From: Perna viridis
Lineage: Eukaryota
NCBI GenBank assembly: GCA_037379345.1
Contig: CM074513.1
Location: 49,331,195 to 49,395,194, forward strand
Length of the DNA: 64,000 bases
Direction of reading: 5' to 3'
Shown: positions 1-9,095 of the stretch, piece by piece
How the letters are laid out: every line of letters starts with the position of its first letter
Numbering within the stretch: the stretch's first letter is position 1
Notes under the pieces: generated by a model
Database searches by the model: none
What the model was told of the DNA's origin: nothing
The model's input: only the letters and a program-made list of their open reading frames with translations
Translations under genes and position numbers: made by a program

Positions 1-401
1 ACCACAGCAGCCACTCCTGTGACCACCAGCGAAGGGACAACTGTCATTCAGACTACTCGCACAACACCTACTGCTGGCACCACTGAGACCAGCACCGCGG
101 CAAGCACTCCCACACCTGGCACATCGGAAAGTTCCACAGCAGCCACTCCTGTGACCACCAGCGAAGGGACAACTGTCACTCAGACACCTGGCACCACACC
201 TACTGTTGGTACCACTGAGACAAGCACCGCGGCAAGCACTCCCACACCTGGCACATCGGAAAGTACAACAGCAGCCACTCCTGTGACCACCAGCGAAGAG
301 ACAACTGTCATTCAGACTACTGGCACAACACCTACTGCTGGCACCACTGAGACCAGCACGGCGGCAAGCACTCCCACACCTGGCACATCGGAAAGTACCA
401 C
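1..401 (+). repeat. Mucin-like Thr/Ser/Pro-rich coding tandem repeat (132-bp / 44-aa unit, ~3 copies visible, open from position 1)
   Basis: GACCACCAGCGAAG recurs at 21, 153 and 285 (period 132). Frame 1 reads TTAATPVTTSEGTTV..STAASTPTPGTSES without stops. The repeat ends abruptly at ~401. Confidence 0.85.
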
Positions 402-905
402 GATCGATGCTTGGTGGTATTATACTGGCGGACGAGATCGTCCAGGACGGGAAGGTAGGCCCGCGTGGAATTGGCCGAGAAGTATTTGAACATCTTTTCC
501 TTCTTGGTACGATTCCAGCGCTCCACCACGCTCGATTTTTCCTCGTTCTCGGTGGAGTAGATATCGACGTCGTGCTTCCGGAGCAGATCCTTCACCTCGC
601 GATTGTAAAATTCCGTACCCTTATCGGTCCATAGCTTCTCGGGCGTGCGATCCTGGAAGACGGTCCGGAAGGCATCTCGTATCGTAGCGCCTTTCTTATC
701 CTTCAGCGGTACCAACCAGCCGTACTTTGAAAAGACGTCGATGATGCTCAGGAGATACTTGAAGCCTCGGTTATCGCGGGAGAAGGCGCTCATATCCACG
801 AGATCGGCAGCCTCATCCACCCCACCTACCACCACGCGACGCTTCTGAAATTTGCGTCAGACTGGCCTATGCAGCTCTTCGGCTAGTTCGTCCGACCATC
901 GTACT
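402..905 (-). pseudogene. Retroviral-like (RVE, DDE) integrase, 3'-truncated
   Basis: Reads WSDELAEELHRPV*RKFQKRRV..ADLVDM..YLLSIIDVFSKY..LWTDKGTEF..KSSVVERWNRT..YNTTKHRS. One in-frame TGA; cut off at the mucin junction. Confidence 0.92.
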
Positions 906-1398
906 TTTTTTCCGCACTCCCAGCCCAAATCGTGCTTTGGTGCTGATGATGGGCTTGACGATGCTGCGGTCCATGCGCTCCCGGACGGTGGGATTGGGAA
1001 TGGCGTCCAGTGAGGCTAACATGGCCTTATCGCAGATGGAATTGCGAGCGGCAGTATCCTTATGCTTGGCATAGCATAGATCGTAACGATAGGCAGCCTG
1101 ATCCACTCAATTGATGGGCATTGACCAAGGTTTGGGAGTACCATCTGCATTCAAGCGCTTTTTGAGGTTGGTCCCGGGTCGGTGAAAATATGCCCAGGAA
1201 GATGCATCTCGACGGGCATCTAATTGGTCACCTTATTCATGAGTCCGGCGCCTGAAGCAGCCATGAACTGAGACTTCCAAGCCCCGCATACGGCGCATAG
1301 CCCACCTCTTCGCCGCCTCCCGTTGCTGGTGGTGGTCTGGTCTCATAGCGACTTTCTGTCTCGGTCGGCCGCTTGCACTTCAAGCAATACATTCCCAT
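906..1398 (-). pseudogene. Zn-ribbon plus parvovirus-VP1u-like phospholipase A2 domain (N-terminal part of the integrase ORF)
   Basis: ATG at 1398: MGMYCLKCKRPT..(fs)..NGR..CAVCG..KSQF..GAGLMNK..EMHLPGH..(fs)..PGTNLKKRL..DQAAYRYDLCY..DKAML. Matches the Ca-loop GPG and HDxxY-like PLA2 motifs (H replaced by Y here). Confidence 0.82.
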
Positions 1399-1411
1399 TT
1401 TATATAGATAA

Positions 1412-2149
1412 ATGGACGTTGAAGACCTTAACTACGATGAACCCACCGCGAGTCGTCGGCATAACCACTTTCTCCTCCCGCAGCGATCCATCCGAGGTCT
1501 GATCATCGGAAAGTCGGACTGCGGCAAGACGACGCTGCTGAATAACCTCCTCCTGCGCGATGGATGGCTCGACTACGATCGTCTCTACGTCTTCGGAAAA
1601 TCGCTCCACCAGCCCATCTACCAACTACTGCGGCAGGCGCTGGGAAAGGGGTTTTCGAAAGACGATATCCGCGACCTTCTCTCCATTAAGGATCGCAGCC
1701 CCACTCTTTGGTCGACGTAGTGCAGATGATGAAGCCGCCGACCAAGCCTAGCGGTATCGAACCTGCCGGATCCTCGAGAGCTCGATCCCACCCGCAAGAA
1801 CCTCAAGGTCTTCGACGACTTGATGCTGAGCAAGCAGAGCAAGTGCGAAGACTACTACGTGCGCGGTCGCAATAATAACGTGGACTGCTTCTACCTCTGC
1901 CAAAATTACTTCAAGCTCCCGCAGCAATCGATCCGGGAGAATGCCATCTTCATCTGCCTCTTTGAGCAGGATGCCAAAAATCGCGATCATATCCGCCGGG
2001 ACCATTGCGGCGATCTCACCCCGGCTCAATTCGATGCCCTATGCGATTACTGCTGGGTCAAGCCTCACGGATTTATGACCATCGATCTCACAAGCCCCAA
2101 GACGGTTGGGAAATATCGATGCAATCTAGACGATTTCTATCGAGTCTAA
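1412..2149 (+). pseudogene. A32/FtsK-like DNA packaging ATPase (frameshifted)
   Basis: Walker A IIGKSDCGKTT, Walker B VFDDLM, RGRNNNVDCFYLCQNYF, IRENA and PHGFMTID. Split over ORFs 1412-1720 and ~1730-2149. Confidence 0.9.
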
Positions 2150-2157
2150 GATAAAGA

Positions 2158-2705
2158 ATGGATCACTTGCAGGAATTTTTCCTGGAGAATCAACGGGACT
2201 TTGATCGGGAGAATGCCCCCAAGCCCCCACGACCACCCCCTGAATGTAAGCACCGGTGGGAGCGCATGCTTATTAATGGCGATATCCCGGGGTATTGCTG
2301 CAGTACATGTGGAGCTGAAAGGTACGCTCGCCGCATCGATGATCAGGATTTCGAAGGAAGGACCTATAATTCTCACTCCCGCCGCAAACCTAAGCAGCCG
2401 CCCGGACCCCCGTGCTGCATCAAGACCGTCCGCGGCCATCAGTGCACGTATCCCTCCATATCGGGCAGTGATAAGTGCAAGAGGCATTTGAAGCTTTTCC
2501 CCGAGGTATGCTATCGGTGCGGCGCTAAGATTGCCCGCGGTAAGTCTTGCACCGTATCCACGAGGGGACTATATACGTACCCAAATTTACCACCCTCTGG
2601 CCGGGCGTAAAAGTGAGGATTGTGGGAGAGTACGATCTCCGCAAAGCCCAGAGGAGGATCGGCCACGAGCCTTTCTGCTCCTCCAAATGCATGGAAAGTG
2701 CGTAG
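2158..2705 (+). pseudogene. Cys/His-rich multi-zinc-finger viral protein (frameshifted)
   Basis: CKHRW..CSTCG; C..KTVRGHQC..CKRH; CYRCG; after a frameshift near 2565 it ends in FCSSKCMESA* (TAG 2703-2705). Confidence 0.6.
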
Positions 2706-2787
2706 GATCCGCCATCACTTCGGGAATCCACGGTTTTTGCATCCCGCTGAGGCAGGAGGCAAAAAGCATGGGAGAATGGTTGATCCA

Positions 2788-2890
2788 ACGCTATGGGGCG
2801 TTCGGCTGAATGCTATGGGGCGTTCGGCTGAGCGCTATGGGGCGATGGGAGGCGATGGGTCGAACGCTATGGGGCGATGGGACGATGGTG
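2788..2890 (+). repeat. Short intergenic tandem repeat (CGCTATGGGGCG core, ~22-bp unit)
   Basis: Four GCTATGGGGCG copies plus GCGATGGG sub-repeats, directly upstream of the TAAATG at 2901. Confidence 0.8.
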
Positions 2891-2903
2891 AAGCTATAAA
2901 TAA

Positions 2904-3761
2904 ATGACGTTTATCAAGATCACCGATCCCAAGCAGCGTGAGGCGCTTGCTAGGGACTTACAGGAGACCAAGCGTAGCATCCAGGCTAGCGATATGCAGC
3001 GTCGCCTAGATAAGATCGGACTCAGCCGCGACCTCTCAAAGATATTCAAGCCCGTGGTCGAGACGCAAAAGGAGACTGCCTTCCAGACCACCAAAAAGAT
3101 CGAAGATATCCCACATGCTCTGCCCTCCCCGATGCCTACCCTTCCCCCTCCTACCTCTACCGCTGAGGACGACGACCCACTAGCTATCGAGCAAGCATTG
3201 AGTACCAGCCTCGGTCCGCGAGCGACGCACTATCTCCAGCTCAGTATGACTCCCAAGGCCGACCATACCTTTGGATTGCGAGTGGAAGACGGCTCCATCA
3301 TGATCGGAAGTCTGCCCGTCACCTTCGATGGAGACGATATCTTCGTCGATGGCGAGCGCTATAAGGGTACCCCCGGCCTGTGGGAGCTTATGGTCCTGAA
3401 GCACCCCAAAGATTTCGACGTGGAAGACCTGAATACCTATGGTGATATCCTTCGAGTGTCGAGTGTCATGTATCAAGGAAATCCCGTCCTATCGAGGACC
3501 CCAAAGGCCAACAGAAGCCGCAAATGGAAGGAGATCGTATCCTACCTTTATAAGCAAGATAAGTATTGCAGCGGGGTGCCGACCGTCTTCCTCCCCAAAT
3601 GCTTCGACCAGCTGCTGGATCGTCTCGATCTTTGCGCCGCCGCCTACCAGGCTGGAAATAATGGGGTGCGCAACGAAATTGTGGCCATCCTCGACGCCAT
3701 GAGGAAGTCCGGTCATATCAGCAGGGAGGAGTACGAGAAGCTGCATCGGGGGCTCCTCTAG
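2904..3761 (+). CDS. Conserved uncharacterised Maverick/adintovirus protein (285 aa, intact)
   Basis: FIKITDPKQRE..DLSKIFKPVVE..DHTFGL..IGS..YKGTPGLWEL..KWKEIV..LDRLDL..AGNNGVRNEIVAILD, a motif string typical of Maverick accessory ORFs. Confidence 0.75.
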   Translation: MTFIKITDPKQREALARDLQETKRSIQASDMQRRLDKIGLSRDLSKIFKPVVETQKETAFQTTKKIEDIPHALPSPMPTLPPPTSTAEDDDPLAIEQALSTSLGPRATHYLQLSMTPKADHTFGLRVEDGSIMIGSLPVTFDGDDIFVDGERYKGTPGLWELMVLKHPKDFDVEDLNTYGDILRVSSVMYQGNPVLSRTPKANRSRKWKEIVSYLYKQDKYCSGVPTVFLPKCFDQLLDRLDLCAAAYQAGNNGVRNEIVAILDAMRKSGHISREEYEKLHRGLL

Positions 3762-3772
3762 ATAAATTTACG

Positions 3773-4120
3773 ATGCCTTTAGTAGTGAATCACGGTTATC
3801 GTCGGAAGTATGCAGTCGGCGGACGAGGACTATTCGATGCCATCACCAGTCTGGCCGGACGCGTCCTTACCTCTTCCGCCGCGAAGACGCTGAGTAGCAA
3901 GGCATTGAGTGCCGCTTCCAATGCAGCCCTGAAAGGCGTGGAGAAAGGTGCGGCCAAGGCCGTTGACCACGTTGTCCATCGAGTGACTCGCAAGAAAAAT
4001 GCTCCCCAAGCACCATCCTCTAAGGTCAAGAGGACCTCACAGCAGCAGGTCCGTCTCAATAATCTCATCTCGGGTGGGGGCATCGCCACCATCCATGACT
4101 TCGTCCAGCGCTATAGATAA
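3773..4120 (+). CDS. Small basic putative virion core protein
   Basis: 115 aa, K/R/A-rich, with GGRGLFD and ISGGGI motifs; lies directly upstream of the major capsid gene. Confidence 0.6.
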   Translation: MPLVVNHGYRRKYAVGGRGLFDAITSLAGRVLTSSAAKTLSSKALSAASNAALKGVEKGAAKAVDHVVHRVTRKKNAPQAPSSKVKRTSQQQVRLNNLISGGGIATIHDFVQRYR

Positions 4121-4124
4121 ATAT

Positions 4125-5410
4125 ATGATGGTCGATATGCTCACTATCACCGAAGGATTGACTTTCGACGAAAGTCTCCAGGAATATCAGGTTCACGAAT
4201 ACGAACCTCAAGCCGGGGCGCAGCTGAATAATGCCGGTGCAGAGTCTCGACTCAAGATCTCTTCCTCCACCCCGCCGAAAGCTATCTCTTGATCGAAGGC
4301 CGACTTCAGAACGATGGCACCGCGTATGCCAACGGTGATCTGGTATCGCTCGTCCATAACGCCGCCATGTATCTATTTCGTAGCATCAGCTACCGACTTT
4401 CCGGGCAGCAGATCGAGCACCTCAACGGTCCCGGCGTCGCCACCACCATGCTGGGTATGCTGAAGTACCCCAACGACTTCTCCAAATCCCAAGGCCTCAA
4501 CCAGCTATGGTTCAAAGACTCCACGGCCGATGCCGAGGCAGAAAACGTCGGATTCGCAGCACGCCACGGATATATCATCACCAAGCCAGCCAATAAGGGA
4601 TCCTTTTCTTTCGCCATCCCGCTCAAGCACGTCTTTGGCTTTGCGGATTCAAGCACGAGCCCTCCCTGGTGCGCGATTCGGATGCAAATGCCATCCTCCG
4701 AGCTGCCGCCGTCAACGACGTGGCCAAGGTAATCCTGAGCAAGGTCTCCTGGTTCGTCCCCCACGTCATCCCTTCCGACGAAAAGAAGCTGCGGCTCTAT
4801 AATACCATCCAGAGCAAGACCAAGATCGATTGCGGATTCCGCATGAGGCAGTGCGACTCCATCGCCGTGCCCCAAACCTCGCAATTTCACTGGCGTCTGA
4901 CCGCTAAAAGCGGACGCGAGAAACCGCGATGGATCATCGTCGCCTTCCAGACCGATAGGGGTAATAACCAGCTGAATAATGCCGCCGTCTTCGACCACTG
5001 TCGACACGTTTTTCGCGTGGATATTTCGCAATCGACAGTGATTGCGAAATATCCACGCGACCCTCAATACGGAGCGATATCCCGCCGTGGATTCCAATGC
5101 CGGCTTCACATAGTGCAGGGTCGCCAGGGTCTATAAGGAGGCCGCCGAATTCCGCAAGAAGTTCTACAGCATGGAAAGTCTGCTGAGCAATGGTGGCATC
5201 AATCCCTCCGACTTCATCGATCTCTATCCCCTATTCGTCATCGACGTGAGCCATCAGTCTGAGCGGCTGAAAGAGTCGACGGTGGATATCCAGATCCGAG
5301 CCGACTTTGAGCGCAACGTCCCTGCCAATACCCAAGCCTTCGCCCTGGTCATCTGCCATCGAATTCTCCAATTCGAATCCGACGGTCAGAAGATGAGCGT
5401 CGTCGTCTGA
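4125..5410 (+). pseudogene. Double-jelly-roll major capsid protein (hexon-like), multiply frameshifted
   Basis: DMLTITE..FDESLQEYQVHEYEP..; IEGRL..NAAMYLFRSISYRLSGQQIE..PGVATTMLGMLKY..; IPLKHVFGFA; ISWFVPHV-like VSWFVPHVIPS; EKPRWIIVAFQT; PLFVIDVSHQSE..VDIQI. Confidence 0.9.
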
Positions 5411-5424
5411 GGAGGGATAGATAA

Positions 5425-6194
5425 ATGGACGCTTCACTTTTGCGGAAAATCGCCACCAATACCGAACCCAAGCATGGGTTCTCCTTCATCGTCTCTGGGA
5501 ACGACAGCCAGATCTTGACCCGCTTCAATCCACCCCTCCAATTGCGCGAGGAGAAATCTTACGAGATGGCCCTAGTGAATCTGGAGACCTACTACTCCAT
5601 CCCCAATATTCATGCAGGTAATAATTCCTTCCGCTACTCTCCCGATGACGGTGCTAACTGGTTTTCCGTCGAGCTGAGCACCAGCTTTTACGCATCGACG
5701 ATATCAACGATGAGATCCAGCGGCAACTGTGGCTGCATAGGCACAAGGCTAAGGTCCTTCTCGATGCCAATCGTGCGACGCTGAGAGCAACCCTCACCCT
5801 CGCCAGAAATTATCGAGTGGATTTCGACGTGCCCAATAGCATCAGTACGGTGCTTTGATTCGAGCGCCGGACGTATACCTACGACCGAAGCACCAACGGC
5901 TACGCGGAGGGTGAGAATATCGTCAATATCATCAGCATCAATAGCATCCTGGTGAATAGTGATATCATCCACAGAAGCTACGTCAACGGCACGCAGCAGT
6001 CCACCATCTATAGCTTCTTTCCCGCTGTCGATCCGGGTATGAAGATCATCCAAACCCCCAAGAATCTCGTCTACTTACCCGTGACCCTGAGGACCATCGA
6101 CCGCATGCAGACGTATCTGACCGATCAAGACGGCCGCCCCATCGATCTACGAGGAGAGAATCTCACCATCCGCTTCCATATGCGTGAGGTATAA
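5425..6194 (+). pseudogene. Minor capsid protein (penton, single jelly roll)
   Basis: FNPPLQL..YEMALVNLETYYSIPNI..NNSFRYSPD..; VNIISINSILVNSDII..SYVNG..IYSFFP..PGMKII..NLVYLPV..LTDQDGRPIDLRGENLTIRFH. One frameshift and one TGA. Confidence 0.88.
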
Positions 6195-6198
6195 ATAA

Positions 6199-6809
6199 AT
6201 GGATTATCAAGAGTACGGTCTCAACTTGACGAAAGGTCAGGCGGAGAAGATCAAGCGTGCGGCAAAGAAGGGTTGTCCCGTGAGCGTCCGATTGCTGCAT
6301 GCAAACCTATCCGGTGAGCATAAGATGCTCTTCACTCACCGCCAGATCCAGCGCATCACCAAGCTCTTACAGAGTGGGAAGGGTGGTATGGTCTTGGAGA
6401 TGAGTCCGAAGCAGGTGAGGCATAATGTGCAGAAAGAAGGTGGATTCCTCCCCATGCTAGCAGGTCTTGCCTCTGCTGCGCTACCCATGCTGGCCAAAAC
6501 CATGCTACCTGCTTTGGGCTTGGGTGCATTTAGCGGCTACCTGCTTTGGGCGTGGGTGCATTGAGCGGTTTGGGTAGTGCAGCCATCCAGAAGGCTGTGG
6601 GATCCGGATTATATCTCAAGAAGGGTGGGAAAGTATGCTGCGTGAAACCTCGTGGTCGTGGTCTGTATTTGAGTCCAGGCACTTTGCCCAATACATACGG
6701 TGATGGGCTATACTTGAAGAGCGGACGTCAGATCTACGATGGAAGTGGACTGATCATTGGTCCCAATAGCCCCTTCAAAAGCATCCCCATCTTGGGCATG
6801 CTCCTCTAG
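6199..6809 (+). pseudogene. Putative core/membrane-lytic virion protein with repeated GxGL motifs, broken by a 32-bp tandem duplication
   Basis: LNLTKGQ..GGFLPMLAGL..GSGLYL..GRGLYL..GDGLYL..GSGL..SPFKSIPILGMLL. GCTACCTGCTTTGGGC.TGGGTGCATT.AGCG is duplicated at 6504 and 6536. Confidence 0.7.
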
Positions 6810-6819
6810 ATATAGATAA

Positions 6820-7341
6820 ATGGACGACGTAGACTTGGGGAAGCAATCCTACCGAGAAGCTAGAATCGAGTCGATCGAGAAAGAGCTTGAATCCGAAAAG
6901 CATAAGTATGCTCGACTGTCGAGGAACTATAAACGAGTGGAAAAAGCGGTGTCTTTTGCTCTGGGTACCTGTGCAGTACTCAACGTAGTTTGCACCACTG
7001 GCACACTCAGCACCGCGGCAACGGGGATAGGCGCCGTGGCATGCATTCCGTTGAGCTCACCAGCCGTCGTGAATTCCATCACGATGGCGGGGTTGGCGGT
7101 ACTAGCCAAGCGCATCCGCCAAAAGCGTAAAAAGCATTAAGATACCGTGCGCATCGTCAGATCCTACCAATCCAAGATCGAAGATGCAGTGAGCAAAGGC
7201 CTGGAGGAGGATGATATCGATAAATCTGAATTTGCAGGGGTTGTGAAATGTCTTAGCTTCTACTACGACGAAAAGCAGCAGCTGCGAAAACCTTCCACGG
7301 CTACCACTTTTAGTGAAGACCTTACTGCGCATGCGCCATAG
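6820..7341 (+). pseudogene. Coiled-coil / two-hydrophobic-helix viral protein (one internal stop)
   Basis: ORFs 6820-7140 and 7147-7341 are in the same frame, separated by TAA (KKH*DTVRI..SKIEDAVSKGLEEDDIDKSEF). Central hydrophobic GIGAVACIPL segment. Confidence 0.65.
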
Positions 7342-7511
7342 GGAGGATTCTTCCAACGCGCGCCTTGCTCGGCTACCCCTCGTTCCCCACGCTTATTCCA
7401 GAATCCTTCAGATCAAAGTTCCAAGTGACCAACAAAAAAATTTCCGTATCCAGTAATTTGGATTGGGAAATTTCGAACCCCTTACCCATAGCCCTCGATT
7501 ATTTTTTTTTA

Positions 7512-7877
7512 TTACTTCCTCACCAGATCATAGGAGAGGTACTGCTGCTGAGATTTCTTGCTCACCTTGAATCCAGTGCTCCGAACGAAAGCTCCTTGCA
7601 AAGGACCCTTCTCTTTGTTGAGCAAAGGGCAGGCCCATATCCTGGTGGTCTGTCCGTCTCGATCCTTCAGGGTGAGGATTCTACTTTTGCCGAATTTTCC
7701 ATCCACTTCTACCACCTCCAAGATCTTATAGATCACACCGGTGGGTAAGTCCTTCCATTTGAATGCTTCCTGATTCTGATCCTGCAGCTCCTCCTGGAAG
7801 GCGTCTTCGCTGATGAAGTCATCCCCATCTGTGGGAATGTCAACGAATCCATTGTGTACGAGACATAATTCTTGTAT
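7512..7877 (-). CDS. Small beta-rich viral protein, possibly OB-fold/SSB-like; start codon apparently mutated (TAA-ATA for TAA-ATG)
   Basis: Open frame of 121 codons: (I/M)QELCLVHNGF..FKWKDLPTGVIYKILEVVEVDGKFGKSRILTL..RIWAC..YDLVRK*. Confidence 0.55.
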   Translation of the reverse strand: MQELCLVHNGFVDIPTDGDDFISEDAFQEELQDQNQEAFKWKDLPTGVIYKILEVVEVDGKFGKSRILTLKDRDGQTTRIWACPLLNKEKGPLQGAFVRSTGFKVSKKSQQQYLSYDLVRK

Positions 7878-7879
7878 TT

Positions 7880-7994
7880 ACCCTATGCTCAATAGGAATG
7901 CCGTCCGTTTGCATTTGGCCGTCCTGGTCGGGGGTCCTATGCAGGATTTCCCCTTGAAAATGGCGTGCGGCAGAATCGGCCTTTTGAAACTACT
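7880..7994 (-). repeat. Probable right terminal (TIR) region of the Maverick
   Basis: Minus strand begins AGTAGTTTCAAAAGG at 7994. Polinton termini canonically start with (AGT)n or (AG)n. The partner TIR is not in the window. Confidence 0.6.
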
Positions 7995-8802
7995 GCGAAC
8001 GTCCGGCACACCCGCCCTTGGATCCGCGCCTGGCCTGAACCCTCGGTATGTCCAAGATAATGGAATATCTGAAAAAATATTTAGAATCTTTTAAAGGAAC
8101 AAAATTAATATGTATCCGTCTGATTTGTAAAGAGGGCACGGAATAAGCTTTATTTAAGACACCTTTATACGAACTATTGTACACAAAACGAGAGATTCTA
8201 TTTTTTGCACTTTTTCAATACCAAAAACTAAGATTACTAAGTAATAAGGCCGTATGATTTGCCGAGTCTATTAAAACAAGGACGCACTCGCTTTCAAACT
8301 TTTAGTTTTTGCGATGCTTTCCTACAAATCATCAAAATTTAAATGATAATCAATCACGATGCCTAGAAGTTCGTCACAAGTAAGTGCTGAGTTCTGAATA
8401 TATATATAAAGTTCTTTTACCAACTGCCAAAATTTGCCAGGATTTTGTTAATTTATAAGAATTCACTGGCATCTTATTACAATTAAACTAGTTTTTAAGA
8501 ATACATGTATTTGAAACAAGTTTATAAAAATCAAGACTTCAAAAAAGATAAAGTGTTGTGATCTGCATTATTATACAACATACCATTTTTTACAAATATA
8601 AAAAAAATGTCATTAATGAATACATAAAATAACAAGGTACCCAATATCAAGCCTCGGGAACACCTTTGTCAGCCCAACTGTTCAGGACGCTATTGACTTA
8701 GATCTGTTGTTTTCGAATATTAGATAAATAAGATCGATGGAGTGAAACTGAATTATTTGCAGAATTTACAATTGGCTATTATATCCAAAAGAATGCCTTA
8801 AA

Positions 8803-9095
8803 ATACTATACTATACTATACTATACCATACTTTACTATACTATACTATTGTCAGTGACTCAAGTAAATCATACTCATTTTTGTAACGTTTCAAAGCGTG
8901 CTGTAACTATGTACCCTTTGTAACGTCACGTAATTATTGCATGTATTAGCTGAATATACATTACGTTTTTGAGTTGAATACACAGTTTTAGAGAGCTACA
9001 TATATGTCTTTGTTATTCCAGATTTAGGAAGTTTAAAGCAGTTAATATATCTACACTATACTATACTATACTATACTATACTATACTATACTATA
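8803..9095 (+). repeat. Two (CTATA)n microsatellites (8803-8849, 9052-9095)
   Basis: Direct pentamer repeats. Confidence 0.9.

Larger units (their letters stand above)
402..7994. mobile_element. Endogenous Polinton/Maverick (adintovirus-like) dsDNA virus, left-truncated and decaying
   Basis: Compact intronless gene block with RVE integrase, PLA2, A32/FtsK-like ATPase, DJR major capsid and penton-like genes. Much more GC/CpG-rich than the flanks. Right end ...GAAACTACT (5'-AGTAGT on minus). No pPolB or protease seen. Several frameshifts and stops. Confidence 0.93.

Noticed and set aside
398-410. GATCGAT at the mucin/virus junction as a Hi-C ligation scar
   Set aside because: The sequence is GATCGATG, not GATCGATC, and is fully explained by the integrase codons CAT-CGA-TCG on the minus strand.
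4390-5109. Long antisense ORFs in the viral region (also 3180-3476 and 5688-6053)
   Set aside because: Shadow frames of GC-rich coding DNA, with no TAAAT start motif and no recognisable domains.
402-7994. Prophage or bacterial contaminant
   Set aside because: The gene set (RVE integrase, DJR capsid, penton, PLA2) is that of eukaryotic Mavericks, there are no Shine-Dalgarno patterns, and it is contiguous with eukaryotic repeats.
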